Assembly (NCBI GenBank): GCA_937139155.1
Contig: CAKZPI010000037.1
Span: 68,195 to 132,194, forward strand
From: an uncultured Flavobacteriales bacterium
GTDB lineage: Bacteria > Bacteroidota > Bacteroidia > Flavobacteriales > JBLHRE01
DNA: 64,000 bases
Direction: 5' to 3'
Part shown: positions 46,780 to 55,947 of the stretch, one piece after another
Numbering within the stretch: the stretch's first letter is position 1
Layout: each line of letters opens with the position of its first letter
Position numbers and translations under genes: made by a program
The notes under the pieces: model-generated
What the model was told of the DNA's origin: nothing
What the model saw: only the letters and a program-made list of their open reading frames with translations
Databases searched by the model: none

Positions 46780-47952
46780 TCAAGAACTACGTAGAAGCCA
46801 GGCTTTTGGTCGTAGAAAATCTTTTTGTTTAGTCTTTTTCCTGGCTTTAATTTTTCTTCCGTACCAAATTAAAAATCCGGTAATGGGTAAGGAGGCTAAA
46901 ATTAAACTGACCAAAAATGCCAGAATTTTTCCTGGGAGTCCTCCAATGGCTCCTACATGAATGTCATAGTTCATGCGCATGAGTTTGTCGGCAAACCCAG
47001 CATTTTCAAACCTTCCCCAGATATGGTTTACTTCAAGTTCTTTCAGGTGATGGGGCTCAAAATACCGGTAATCGGTTTTCCAATAGGTAGAAGCATCTGG
47101 GTTGGCATTGGCCGCAATGGTTCCAAGGCTGTCAATGGCGGGGTGTACTTCAATGTATTCAGCCTTAGGGTATTCCCTCCACATTCGGTAAAACACCTGA
47201 TCCATGGCATGGGCTTGGCTTAAGGAGTCTCCAGGGTTTTCAGGAAGAGGCATTTCAAACTCTTGAAATGATTCCCCACCTGAGCTTATGGCATAATATG
47301 AATTTCGAAACCAGTCAAATCCCCAAACCAAGCCTGTAATTGAAAAAACCATGGCGAAAATCAGGAGGTAAAACCCAAGTACTTGGTGTAGGTCGTAGTT
47401 TTTACGTTTCCAGTTTACCGATTTCCATTTTATGGTGAACCGTTGTTTTCGGGCCTTTTTGTTTTTTGGCCACCATATGAATAAGCCGCTGAGACCAATG
47501 AATAAAAAGACTAAACAAACGATAGCCACAAAGGGGTGACCAATTTTTGGAGGAAGCCATAAATAATAATGCCCTTGAAGGACAAAGGGAAAAAATCCCT
47601 TGGTTAGGTCCTCATGACCTAGAATCTCTAAGTTTTCAGGATGAATGTAGACTTTTTCATAATATTCCTGGCCCCGTTCGTAGAATATGGCTTCCGCCGC
47701 TTTTCCTGTTTTGGGGTAAAGTACAGCGTGAAGGGTTTTTTCGGGGATCAACCTTTCGGCAACCTTTTGAACTTCAGAAGGTTTCCTAGGAATTAAGCCT
47801 GAGTTTTCAATCTTATAATCTTGCCTTCCAAAGTCTTGAATTTCTTCTTGAAAGGCATAAAGACTTCCCGTTAAGGCGATGAGGAAAAAGGGAAGCCCGG
47901 TAATTAACCCGAGCCACCTGTGCAAAGTACGAATGGTCTTTTTTAGTTTCAT
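46780..47952 (-). CDS. PepSY-associated TM helix protein; start ATG 47952
   Basis: LHRWLGL..G...TGSL, GH..LWLP, DLH.VLG, IHVGAIGG. Confidence 0.92.
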   Translation of the reverse strand: MKLKKTIRTLHRWLGLITGLPFFLIALTGSLYAFQEEIQDFGRQDYKIENSGLIPRKPSEVQKVAERLIPEKTLHAVLYPKTGKAAEAIFYERGQEYYEKVYIHPENLEILGHEDLTKGFFPFVLQGHYYLWLPPKIGHPFVAIVCLVFLFIGLSGLFIWWPKNKKARKQRFTIKWKSVNWKRKNYDLHQVLGFYLLIFAMVFSITGLVWGFDWFRNSYYAISSGGESFQEFEMPLPENPGDSLSQAHAMDQVFYRMWREYPKAEYIEVHPAIDSLGTIAANANPDASTYWKTDYRYFEPHHLKELEVNHIWGRFENAGFADKLMRMNYDIHVGAIGGLPGKILAFLVSLILASLPITGFLIWYGRKIKARKKTKQKDFLRPKAWLLRSS

Positions 47953-47953
47953 A

Positions 47954-50308
47954 TTAGAACTGGTAGCTAAATTGAAGACTAAAGTTCCGACCTGGTTCAG
48001 ATTGCCAGTAGAAAATATTCCCGTAAGGAGCCCCAGAGTAGAGGTATTCATCAAGGAGGTTTTTGGCAAGTACTTGAACCTTGAGCTTCTCAAAGGCATA
48101 GGATAAGCCACCATCCCAGCGGAAATAATTTGGGAGTGGATTCTGAGATTCATCAAAAATGAACCAAGATGATCTACCCGCCTGAAATTGATAACCTGTG
48201 TTCAGTCCTAGGCCTTTGAGTTTTCCAGATTTAATCCGGTAGCTTACCCAGGTGTTCTGAATATGTTTGGTAGCTCCAGGAATTGGGTTTCCAATGATCT
48301 CCGGATTGGCATCTTTGGTGATTTCGGAAAGGGTATAAGCGTAATTAAGGGCAATGCTTAACTGGTCATTAATTCGTCCGTTTGCATCAAATTCAATTCC
48401 TCGCACTTGTTGCTGTCCGGTTTGAGTAGAGTAAATAAATTGTCCGCTTACCGGATCAGGGTGTTCAAGGTCAGTGGTTAATACATTGTTTTTGGTGATT
48501 TGGTAAGCAGATAGGCTAAGGGTAATCCCATGGTCAAAGGATTTTTTAAGTCCGATTTCTTTATTATCGCCTCTTACCGGATCAAAGGGTTTGCCTTGCC
48601 AGTCGGTGCCTGTATTGGCTAGGAAGATTTCATCATACAGGGCAAAGGCGGAAAAGCCCGGACGGATTAGGTAATTTAATCCTAGTCTTGGTGTAAACTC
48701 AGCGTCCTGTGTGGTTCCTGCATAAGGGTTTTCATAATTGTTTTGGGTGAACCTTCCTCCGAAGCTAAATTTCAAGTCATCTTGAAGAAAGCTGATTTCA
48801 TCTTGAAGGTATACAGAAATGAATCCGTTTCTATAAGCCACGCCTCTTTCTCTAATGTCCCGGCTTCGATCCCAGACGGGGATTTGATCCAGGGGTAAGG
48901 CTTGGTAATTCATCTCATAAATGTTCACGGTATCGCCTAAGGCGGCTCCTTGCGACCAATCTGCGAAGTATTCCCTTTGGTTAAGGTCTATTCCGGAAAG
49001 GATCTTATGCTTAAGTCCCCAGGTGGTAAATGAGCCCCGAAGAATGGCTTGGGCATTAAGGTTAAGGCCTAAGGCGTCCCAGATGGAAATACCCCTTTGC
49101 ATATTCCCCAATGAATCGAGTCCTCTGGGCCATAAACTTTGCCCGGTTTGGCTGTATTTTAAATAGCTTGATTGAAGTCTTAAATTCCAATTGGAATGGA
49201 TTGATTTTGAAAAGCCTAAGGTGATGGATTGATCTTTCATTTTTGAAGGATCAAGGTTAGGAGCGGCCGTGGTGAATGATCGGTCTAAATCGGCATAAGC
49301 ATTAGACGAGAAACTATAATTTGAACCAATGGCCAAGGTGGTTAAACCTTGCTCAATGTATTCCAGGCTAATTTCAGATCCATCGGCAAGGGTATAAGAT
49401 AAAACGGGGGCAATGCTGTATCGGTTTGTGAATTCATTGGGCCTATGGCTTCCCTTTTTTTGACCCATAAAATTCAACCGGAAATTAAGTCCTTTGATCT
49501 TTTCACCAGCAAGGTTAAGGTCAACGGCTGACCGTACGGAATTAAAGTTGCCCATTGAGGTTTGGATGCGGGTTGCATTGTAATTCAAAGGCCTTTTGGT
49601 GACCACATTATAGAATCCACCAGGCTGGCCAGATCCCATCATGAAGCCGGCCGGGCCCTTTACAAATTCTACTCGTTCAACAAAGCTCATGTCTTCCGCT
49701 AATGGACTCCAATTGCTAAGTTTCATGTTCATTCCATTTCGGAAGGCAGTGATTTGAGAACCTCGCATATTTATCCTTGCATAATGTTCCCAATGCTCTA
49801 GTTTTTGAGCTCCACTTACATTCCTTTGAATTCCGTCGAGCATGTCAAATACCTGTTGTTCTTCCAAAAGGTCTTTTCCAACGATTTGAATGTTTTGTGG
49901 AATCTCAATCAATTTTCCAGGAATGCGAAGGCTTTCTGATCCTGTTTCGGGATTTAGACCATCGATTTGATCAAGCACCGTTACTTCACCCAACTCCTCG
50001 CTTGCTTTTTCAAGTTCAATCTTTAGGGTAAGGCTTTGTTCAGAATTAAGGGTTAAGTCTATTTCATAAGGCTTGTAGCCAAGGAAAGAGGCTTTAAGGG
50101 TGTATTTGCCCTGAGGAATTTTAGAAAATTTAAATTCCCCTTCTTGATTGGATGTAGTGGCAAGGTTTAGAGGCATTAGCCAAATATGCGCGCCCACTGC
50201 TTTTTCTTGATTGGGCAATTGAATTTGCCCAGAAATACTTGATTGTGCTTGGACCATGAAGGGTAGGAGGGCCAAGGCGAAAATGAATTTGAGTATGTGT
50301 GAATTCAT
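47954..50308 (-). CDS. TonB-dependent (siderophore-type) receptor with N-terminal carboxypeptidase-regulatory-like domain; start ATG 50308
   Basis: PQ.IQ.V...L..QQ plug, ERVEFVKGP, GG..N.VTK, N.L.E.Y, C-terminal F. Confidence 0.93.
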   Translation of the reverse strand: MNSHILKFIFALALLPFMVQAQSSISGQIQLPNQEKAVGAHIWLMPLNLATTSNQEGEFKFSKIPQGKYTLKASFLGYKPYEIDLTLNSEQSLTLKIELEKASEELGEVTVLDQIDGLNPETGSESLRIPGKLIEIPQNIQIVGKDLLEEQQVFDMLDGIQRNVSGAQKLEHWEHYARINMRGSQITAFRNGMNMKLSNWSPLAEDMSFVERVEFVKGPAGFMMGSGQPGGFYNVVTKRPLNYNATRIQTSMGNFNSVRSAVDLNLAGEKIKGLNFRLNFMGQKKGSHRPNEFTNRYSIAPVLSYTLADGSEISLEYIEQGLTTLAIGSNYSFSSNAYADLDRSFTTAAPNLDPSKMKDQSITLGFSKSIHSNWNLRLQSSYLKYSQTGQSLWPRGLDSLGNMQRGISIWDALGLNLNAQAILRGSFTTWGLKHKILSGIDLNQREYFADWSQGAALGDTVNIYEMNYQALPLDQIPVWDRSRDIRERGVAYRNGFISVYLQDEISFLQDDLKFSFGGRFTQNNYENPYAGTTQDAEFTPRLGLNYLIRPGFSAFALYDEIFLANTGTDWQGKPFDPVRGDNKEIGLKKSFDHGITLSLSAYQITKNNVLTTDLEHPDPVSGQFIYSTQTGQQQVRGIEFDANGRINDQLSIALNYAYTLSEITKDANPEIIGNPIPGATKHIQNTWVSYRIKSGKLKGLGLNTGYQFQAGRSSWFIFDESQNPLPNYFRWDGGLSYAFEKLKVQVLAKNLLDEYLYSGAPYGNIFYWQSEPGRNFSLQFSYQF

Positions 50309-50340
50309 GATATTGGTTTTCGATTTCGGGGGCAAAGATG

Positions 50341-50363
50341 CTATTTAGAATGATTCTAAATAG
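50341..50363. promoter_or_regulatory. Perfect 11-1-11 palindrome, candidate Fur-type iron box
   Basis: CTATTTAGAAT-G-ATTCTAAATAG, 32 bp upstream of the TBDR start. Confidence 0.75.
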
Positions 50364-50414
50364 TAATACAAATGCGTGAAATCGAATACCAAAAAAGAGG
50401 TATAAAGCTGGGGT

Positions 50415-51056
50415 TTACTCAGAGAGGATGAGTCCAGATTTTACGGCATACATAACCAAACCGGCGGTATTTTTAACCCCAATCTTTTGCATGATGTTTC
50501 GGCGGTGTGTACGCACGGTGTGTTCGCTGAGGAAAAGGCATTCAGCAATTTCACTGGCGGTTTTTTCTTCCACTATGAGTTGAATGATTTCCAGTTCTCG
50601 TTGGCTTAAATCGGCCGTTGAATTTGATTCATCCTGATTTTGGATATGGTTCATGGATTCTAGCACCTTTCCACAGTAGTACTTGGTCTTTTTCATGGCT
50701 GCTTCCACGGCCATACACAATTCAGATTGCCCACATTCAGGAAGTACATAGGCATGTGGATCGAACTTTTTTCCAATCTCTAATTCTGCTCGATCAAGAC
50801 TTTGCCCAATCAAAATTGTGCTGATTTTTCGAGTTAGGTTGTACACCGGAGAATACATGGACTTGTTTAGTTCCAAAAACAAGGGGAGGCCTAGGATGAT
50901 AAGGTCATACCGGTTGGAAGTGAGCTTGGTTAAAAGTTCTTTGGTGGTAGGTGCGTAGTCAACCCATGGCTTCACAGGCTTTCCTGACATGGCAGTGCGC
51001 AGTCCTAATTCAACTAAATATCGGTTTTCGGCTAGTAGTACTCTTGGGTCTTGCAT
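50415..51056 (-). CDS. NarL/LuxR-type regulator with atypical receiver domain
   Basis: Intact LS.RE.EI...T..EIA..LFLS..TV.THRRNI..K HTH; receiver lacks DD, phospho-Asp and Lys. Confidence 0.85.
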   Translation of the reverse strand: MQDPRVLLAENRYLVELGLRTAMSGKPVKPWVDYAPTTKELLTKLTSNRYDLIILGLPLFLELNKSMYSPVYNLTRKISTILIGQSLDRAELEIGKKFDPHAYVLPECGQSELCMAVEAAMKKTKYYCGKVLESMNHIQNQDESNSTADLSQRELEIIQLIVEEKTASEIAECLFLSEHTVRTHRRNIMQKIGVKNTAGLVMYAVKSGLILSE

Positions 51057-51061
51057 TGTGT

Positions 51062-51084
51062 TAATTTAGACCAATTCTAAATAG
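51062..51084. promoter_or_regulatory. Second copy of the palindromic box, upstream of the LuxR-type gene
   Basis: TAATTTAGACC-A-ATTCTAAATAG; right arm identical to 50353-50363, left arm 7/11. Confidence 0.6.
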
Positions 51085-51139
51085 ATTACAAATAAACGCC
51101 CTTCGATCGGATAAAGCAATACCTTTTCTTAGGTAATTT

Positions 51140-51808
51140 TTAAACCCTTTTCGCCTGTCCGATGATTTCAGGGTAGGTATAAACTCCCGGCTCGGCTTCA
51201 TGAATGGCATTGTAAACCATGGCCTGAGCCAATGTCTTAGCTTGTACGGGTTTATAAGGTGAGGGAAGGAGGAAGGCGAAAGACTTGGCCAGAACCTTCC
51301 CTATTTTTTCTCCCAGGCGATTTTCTTTTCGATCGCCTAGAAGAAAGGATGGGCGGTAGATATACAGCTTAAATCCTTCTTGGTTTTTGAGAGCCTCTTC
51401 AATCTCACCTTTCAATTGAAGGTAAAAATTGGAAGCAGTTTTCTTGGCTCCGATGGCCGAAACCAAATGGTAGGATCGCAAGTTTTTTGGAGCATTTTCT
51501 GCAATCCGAAGGGGGATTCCATAATCGATTTCTCGGTATAGTTCCTTGTTGCCATTGACCTTTTTTTGGGTGGTTCCGATGGCCATGAAAATATGGTTTA
51601 TGCCCTCTAAGGCCGATTGTATTTCAGTTTCTTTTTTAAAATCAACCTGCGTGACCTTAACTTTTTCGAGTTTCGGATCGAAGGCCCTACGGCTCAGGGC
51701 AATGATTTCTTCAATCTCAGAGTTTTGGGAAAGGGCTTTGAGGGTTTCTCCACCTACCAATCCTGTACTTCCTACAACCGCTACTTTAAGTCTGGTTTTT
51801 TTCTCCAT
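51140..51808 (-). CDS. NAD(P)H-binding (atypical SDR, YraR/TIP30-like) protein
   Basis: GSTGLVG, IGTT, VSAIGA, Y...KG..E, RPS.LLG.R.E.R.GE. Confidence 0.9.
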   Translation of the reverse strand: MEKKTRLKVAVVGSTGLVGGETLKALSQNSEIEEIIALSRRAFDPKLEKVKVTQVDFKKETEIQSALEGINHIFMAIGTTQKKVNGNKELYREIDYGIPLRIAENAPKNLRSYHLVSAIGAKKTASNFYLQLKGEIEEALKNQEGFKLYIYRPSFLLGDRKENRLGEKIGKVLAKSFAFLLPSPYKPVQAKTLAQAMVYNAIHEAEPGVYTYPEIIGQAKRV

Positions 51809-51845
51809 ACCCCAAAGTTAGCAGGATTTTAAGGGGAATAAAATT

Positions 51846-52292
51846 TCAAGCTTTCTGAGCTGGGGTTTCGTTGAAAGACATCATCCATTGAACTCCGAAT
51901 GGGTCAATGCACATTCCAAAATAGTCACCCCAAAAGGTTTTATCCATGGGCATGGTTACCTTTCCGTTTTCAGAGAGCTTATTGAAAATTTCATCGGCCT
52001 CCGCTTTAGACTGAGCGGTTATGGATAGGGTGAAGTTGTTCCCCATTTTGAAATCTTTGGCCCATTCACCGCCTACATCAGAGCCCATCAATGTAGTTTC
52101 TTTGCTAATTGGAAGTGAAATGTGCATGATTCGGTCGTTCATTTCATCGGGTAATGGATCTTGGCCTTCTTGAGGGGGCATTTCGGCAAAGGTTCCTACA
52201 TAAGGAAATTCACCCCCAAACACGGATTTATAAAAATCGAAAGCCTCTTTGCAGTTTCCGTTGAAATTTAGGTAGACGTTTAAAATGGCCAT
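51846..52292 (-). CDS. VOC family protein (PhnB/YjdN-like)
   Basis: YLNFNGNC.EAF.FY..VFGG, IMH, FWG..FG...D.FGV.W. Confidence 0.9.
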   Translation of the reverse strand: MAILNVYLNFNGNCKEAFDFYKSVFGGEFPYVGTFAEMPPQEGQDPLPDEMNDRIMHISLPISKETTLMGSDVGGEWAKDFKMGNNFTLSITAQSKAEADEIFNKLSENGKVTMPMDKTFWGDYFGMCIDPFGVQWMMSFNETPAQKA

Positions 52293-52301
52293 GAACTCAA
52301 A

Positions 52302-52673
52302 TTAAATATGTTGGTCAAGAAGAATTAGGTTACCATCAGGGTCTTTAAGCATGAGACTTCCCGGACCCGATCCGTCGGAGTCTACTTTTTGGATAAACTC
52401 ATGACCTTTTGAAGCAAGTTCTTCTTGGATTTTCCGAACATCCATGAACCCGTCGAGTTTTTGGGCATTTGAATCCCAACCTGGGTTAAAGGTTAGAATG
52501 TTTTCTTCAAACATCTTTTCAAAAAGGCCAATTAGGGTTGAGCCTTGTTTCATGATTAGGTATTTCATGGCGGCACCACCGGCAAAAACTTCAAATCCTA
52601 AATCTTCATAAAACTTCCTGGATACTTCCAGGTCTTGAACGGCTAAACTGATTGAAAATGCTCCTAGCTTCAT
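52302..52673 (-). CDS. VOC/glyoxalase family protein; likely start ATG 52673
   Basis: FSISL.V.DL..S..FY..LGF, DPDGN.IL.DQH. Confidence 0.88.
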   Translation of the reverse strand: MKLGAFSISLAVQDLEVSRKFYEDLGFEVFAGGAAMKYLIMKQGSTLIGLFEKMFEENILTFNPGWDSNAQKLDGFMDVRKIQEELASKGHEFIQKVDSDGSGPGSLMLKDPDGNLILLDQHI

Positions 52674-53194
52674 GGTTTCGTTTTTTTTACCCACCGTACT
52701 CTTAGGTGGGCGTTTTTTGATTCTACGGGTTTAAGAATTAGGGTATCTCCTTTGAATTCCATTTTTCGAGTCACCTTCTTATTCCATTCACTCGGATTGG
52801 AGTGTGCCAAACTCTTATGATGCACCTGTTGTGCCAAACTGTCAATTTCATATTCAGCGAAATAATGGTATGAATTGGTCAGATGTTTTAGGGCCTCCAG
52901 GGGTATGCTGTCTTGAAAATTCGGAAAACTGGGCTGAAAATTTTGGTACCCTTTGCGGGATAGATGAAGGGCCATAAACCCTGAAGCCTCATAAAGCACA
53001 TATCCTTGCATGCCTTGATTCCAGGTTTTCCAGGTTCCATCGGATGAATCGAAGGCGTCCATAGAAACCAATTCCCACATACCAGTTAGCCTAGGCTTAT
53101 CTTCAATTGCCTTTTGATGGGATGTTGAATTCCTTTCGGAGCATCCTGCGAAAGCAATAATTCCTAAGAAGAAGAAAAGATTAAACTTCATCAT
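52670..53194 (-). CDS. Lipocalin-like domain lipoprotein
   Basis: Lipobox FAGC; L.G.WELVS; G...Y...G.M. Confidence 0.75.
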   Translation of the reverse strand: MMKFNLFFFLGIIAFAGCSERNSTSHQKAIEDKPRLTGMWELVSMDAFDSSDGTWKTWNQGMQGYVLYEASGFMALHLSRKGYQNFQPSFPNFQDSIPLEALKHLTNSYHYFAEYEIDSLAQQVHHKSLAHSNPSEWNKKVTRKMEFKGDTLILKPVESKNAHLRVRWVKKTKP

Positions 53195-54092
53195 TGTCTT
53201 GCATTCTGCTTATTTCATTGGTGGCAGAAAAGGAGGCCACCATTTGGTTTAGCATATCAGAGGCTGCATTGGGTGAATTTGGAAGCAGAATCAGGTTAGA
53301 CTTGGTGTTTTCTGAAATCCCGTGAAGGGTGTCGTAATGCTGGGTAATTACAATTAGGGCCGAGGCCTCTTGTGAATTAATGCCCACTTTATTCAATACC
53401 TCTACAGACTCTTCTAGTCCTTTGGCAATTTCTCTTCTCTGATCTGCAATACCTTGTCCTTGAAGCCTTTTAGACTCTGCCTCAGCGGTTGCTTTTGCAA
53501 CAATTCGAATTCGTTCGGCTTCTCCTTCATATTCGGCAGCAACTTTAATTCGTTCAGCTGCGTTGATTCGATTCATGGCGTTTTTAACCTCTTCGTCAGG
53601 ATCAATATCTGTAACCAAGGCTTTGATGATTCCATATCCGTAGGTGTTCATGGCTTCCTCTAACTCTCTCCGAATGGCAATGGCAATGTCATCCTTCTTT
53701 TCAAAAACATCATCCAATCTCAGTTTTGGAACCTCGGCGCGAACCACGTCAAATACATAAGAAGTTATTTGTCCGTGCGGATTTTCCAAACGATAGAAAG
53801 CATCGTATACTTTTTCAGGAAGAACCACATACTGAACAGAGACCTTAATTTTCACAAAAACATCGTCTTTGGTCTTGGTTTCAACCATTACATCGAGTTG
53901 TTGAATTCTGAGGTTAACCTTTCCTGCAATTCTGTCAACAATAGGAATTCTTAATTGGAAACCGGGTTTACGGATGCTTAAGAATTTCCCAAATCTTTCA
54001 ACCACAGCTATTTGCTGTTGTCTTACAATGAAAACTCCGGAGAGGATAAAAAGGGCGATGAATACTATAATGGCTATCTGAATAGGCTCCAT
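53181..54092 (-). CDS. SPFH/band 7 (stomatin-like) protein
   Basis: N-terminal TM, ERFGK, TKD.VFV, AMN.INAA.R. Confidence 0.93.
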   Translation of the reverse strand: MEPIQIAIIVFIALFILSGVFIVRQQQIAVVERFGKFLSIRKPGFQLRIPIVDRIAGKVNLRIQQLDVMVETKTKDDVFVKIKVSVQYVVLPEKVYDAFYRLENPHGQITSYVFDVVRAEVPKLRLDDVFEKKDDIAIAIRRELEEAMNTYGYGIIKALVTDIDPDEEVKNAMNRINAAERIKVAAEYEGEAERIRIVAKATAEAESKRLQGQGIADQRREIAKGLEESVEVLNKVGINSQEASALIVITQHYDTLHGISENTKSNLILLPNSPNAASDMLNQMVASFSATNEISRMQDNDEV

Positions 54093-54173
54093 AATGAAAA
54101 TTGGTTAAGTGAAAACTAGGGTGTGGAAGGTAAGAAAGTAGGGTGGGATTTTCTGGAAGAATTTTTAATTGGG

Positions 54174-55028
54174 TTAAATCCCTTGGTTCAAGGGTGAAAT
54201 TGGGGTCATTTTATAATGAAGCTCTAAGAATTTGGCTCCGTGAAAATGCAGAATATGCTCAGCTCGTAGAATTCCCTTTTCGTCTTCAAAGACTTTTATC
54301 CATTCGTGCATAGATTTCACATGCTTCACCCACCAATTGCCCCTTTGATTCCTAAGGGTGAAGTAAAACCCTGATTCTCCAAATTTTTTGCCGTCAGAGC
54401 TTAAAAGAAGGGCTCCGCCATCAAGTACCTCTTTTCTCATGAGCACCTGGGCGTTTCCATTTGGAAGGGGGAAGGTGACCTTTAAAAAGCCTTGGTTTTC
54501 TTTTTGAATGGGTTTATAAACCCCACTGTAAATGACCTCCTGACTAGCATTTATTTTCCGGTACCAAATGGTATGAACGGGTTGACCGTTTTTGAATAAT
54601 TTGATGATGTTGCTTTCCATGCCCCTTGAGAAATCCAGTGAACTGGTGGGCAGGTTGAGCTGCCTTAATCTTCTGCTAAAAAGCCTTTGAAGTAGGATTC
54701 CAAAAGGTTTAAAAACACCACACCATTCTGACCAAACTTCCATAGAGTATTTGGCCGTATGCTGGTAGAAATCTTTCACCTTAGGGTTTAATTTCTTCCA
54801 TTCATCCTGGCTTAGATTGAACTGTGACCAGTCATCAATTAATCCGAAATCATCCTGGTTTTCTTTTTTAGATAAACCTTGTTCTTTGATTAAGTTTTGG
54901 ATGTAAGAATCCCCAATTATATCATCATTTCCTATGGGAGATTTAAGCCAGGGTTCCTTGTCCAAGGAGAGTTTTTTTCCAGTAATCCGAACCCATTTTT
55001 GGGTGGTTAAATCAAGTAGGTTGGCCAT
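54174..55028 (-). CDS. Conserved hypothetical protein
   Basis: 284 aa; FY..T..Y....W.W, V.FPLPNGNA, G..G.YF. Confidence 0.7.
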   Translation of the reverse strand: MANLLDLTTQKWVRITGKKLSLDKEPWLKSPIGNDDIIGDSYIQNLIKEQGLSKKENQDDFGLIDDWSQFNLSQDEWKKLNPKVKDFYQHTAKYSMEVWSEWCGVFKPFGILLQRLFSRRLRQLNLPTSSLDFSRGMESNIIKLFKNGQPVHTIWYRKINASQEVIYSGVYKPIQKENQGFLKVTFPLPNGNAQVLMRKEVLDGGALLLSSDGKKFGESGFYFTLRNQRGNWWVKHVKSMHEWIKVFEDEKGILRAEHILHFHGAKFLELHYKMTPISPLNQGI

Positions 55029-55061
55029 TTTGTTGGTTAAATTTCAGCGGCTCACAAAGTT

Positions 55062-55520
55062 TTAATTATTAAAAACGATGTAGGAGTTAAGGGAAGTGGC
55101 AATTAAAAGCCAAATAAGGTAGGGGAGAAGGAAGGCTGAGTACCAGGTTAGATCTTTCCAATACCAGATTAAAAAGAACAAAACCAACAGGGTAAGTGCC
55201 GATATAATTATCAAGCCGATCATTGGCTGATGAAAATAGAAGAAGGCCGGATTCCAGGCAACATTCAAAATCCACTGAATGCCAAATAGAATGCCCAACT
55301 GCGTTTTATTTTCTACTTGACCGTAGAGATAATCCATGTACACCGAGAAGGCAATCATGATTGCGGTCCAAGCCACTCCAAAAACCCACCCAGGAGGGGT
55401 CCATGGGGCTTTGTTCAAGTTTTGGTACCAGTCAGAACTGGCGCCTTGACCGGCAAAAATCCCGCCAAGGGCCAAGGCTCCAAAATTTATAAGCAAAAAA
55501 ATCAGAATTCTTTGAATCAT
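55062..55520 (-). CDS. tspO: TspO/MBR tryptophan-rich sensory protein; start ATG 55520
   Basis: WY..L.KAPWTPPGWVFG.AWT, LN..W...FF, PY..WL..AT.LN. Confidence 0.92.
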   Translation of the reverse strand: MIQRILIFLLINFGALALGGIFAGQGASSDWYQNLNKAPWTPPGWVFGVAWTAIMIAFSVYMDYLYGQVENKTQLGILFGIQWILNVAWNPAFFYFHQPMIGLIIISALTLLVLFFLIWYWKDLTWYSAFLLPYLIWLLIATSLNSYIVFNN

Positions 55521-55530
55521 GAGACTTGCC

Positions 55531-55947
55531 TTAAAACAAATTAGGAAAATGATGTTCAACCAATTCCAGAACCATTTCCTTTTTTAGAGGTTTATTGAGG
55601 AAGCTGGTAACTTCTCTTTCACTGCTTGCTTTCTCTAAATCATCCGGATTCAAGGAGGTGGTGAGCATAACCACAACCACATCCCCTTGAACTTCTTTGG
55701 GAAGCTTTTTATAGTGTTCTAAAAACTCCCAACCGTTCATTGCGGGCATATTGATATCAAGAAACACCAATTGGGGCCTTTTGTCATTATTCTCTTTACA
55801 ACTGTTTAAATAATCTAAGGCAGCCTGCCCAGATGTTTTGGCTACAACGGTGTTTGTAACTTCAGCCTCATTTATAACTAAGGTATGCAAGAAGTTGGTG
55901 GCCTCATCATCATCTATAAGTAGAATGCAATCAAGTTTAGATTTCAT
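55531..55947 (-). CDS. Single-domain response regulator; start ATG 55947
   Basis: LLIDDD, FLDINMP.MNGWEFL, TTS, KPL. Confidence 0.92.
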   Translation of the reverse strand: MKSKLDCILLIDDDEATNFLHTLVINEAEVTNTVVAKTSGQAALDYLNSCKENNDKRPQLVFLDINMPAMNGWEFLEHYKKLPKEVQGDVVVVMLTTSLNPDDLEKASSEREVTSFLNKPLKKEMVLELVEHHFPNLF

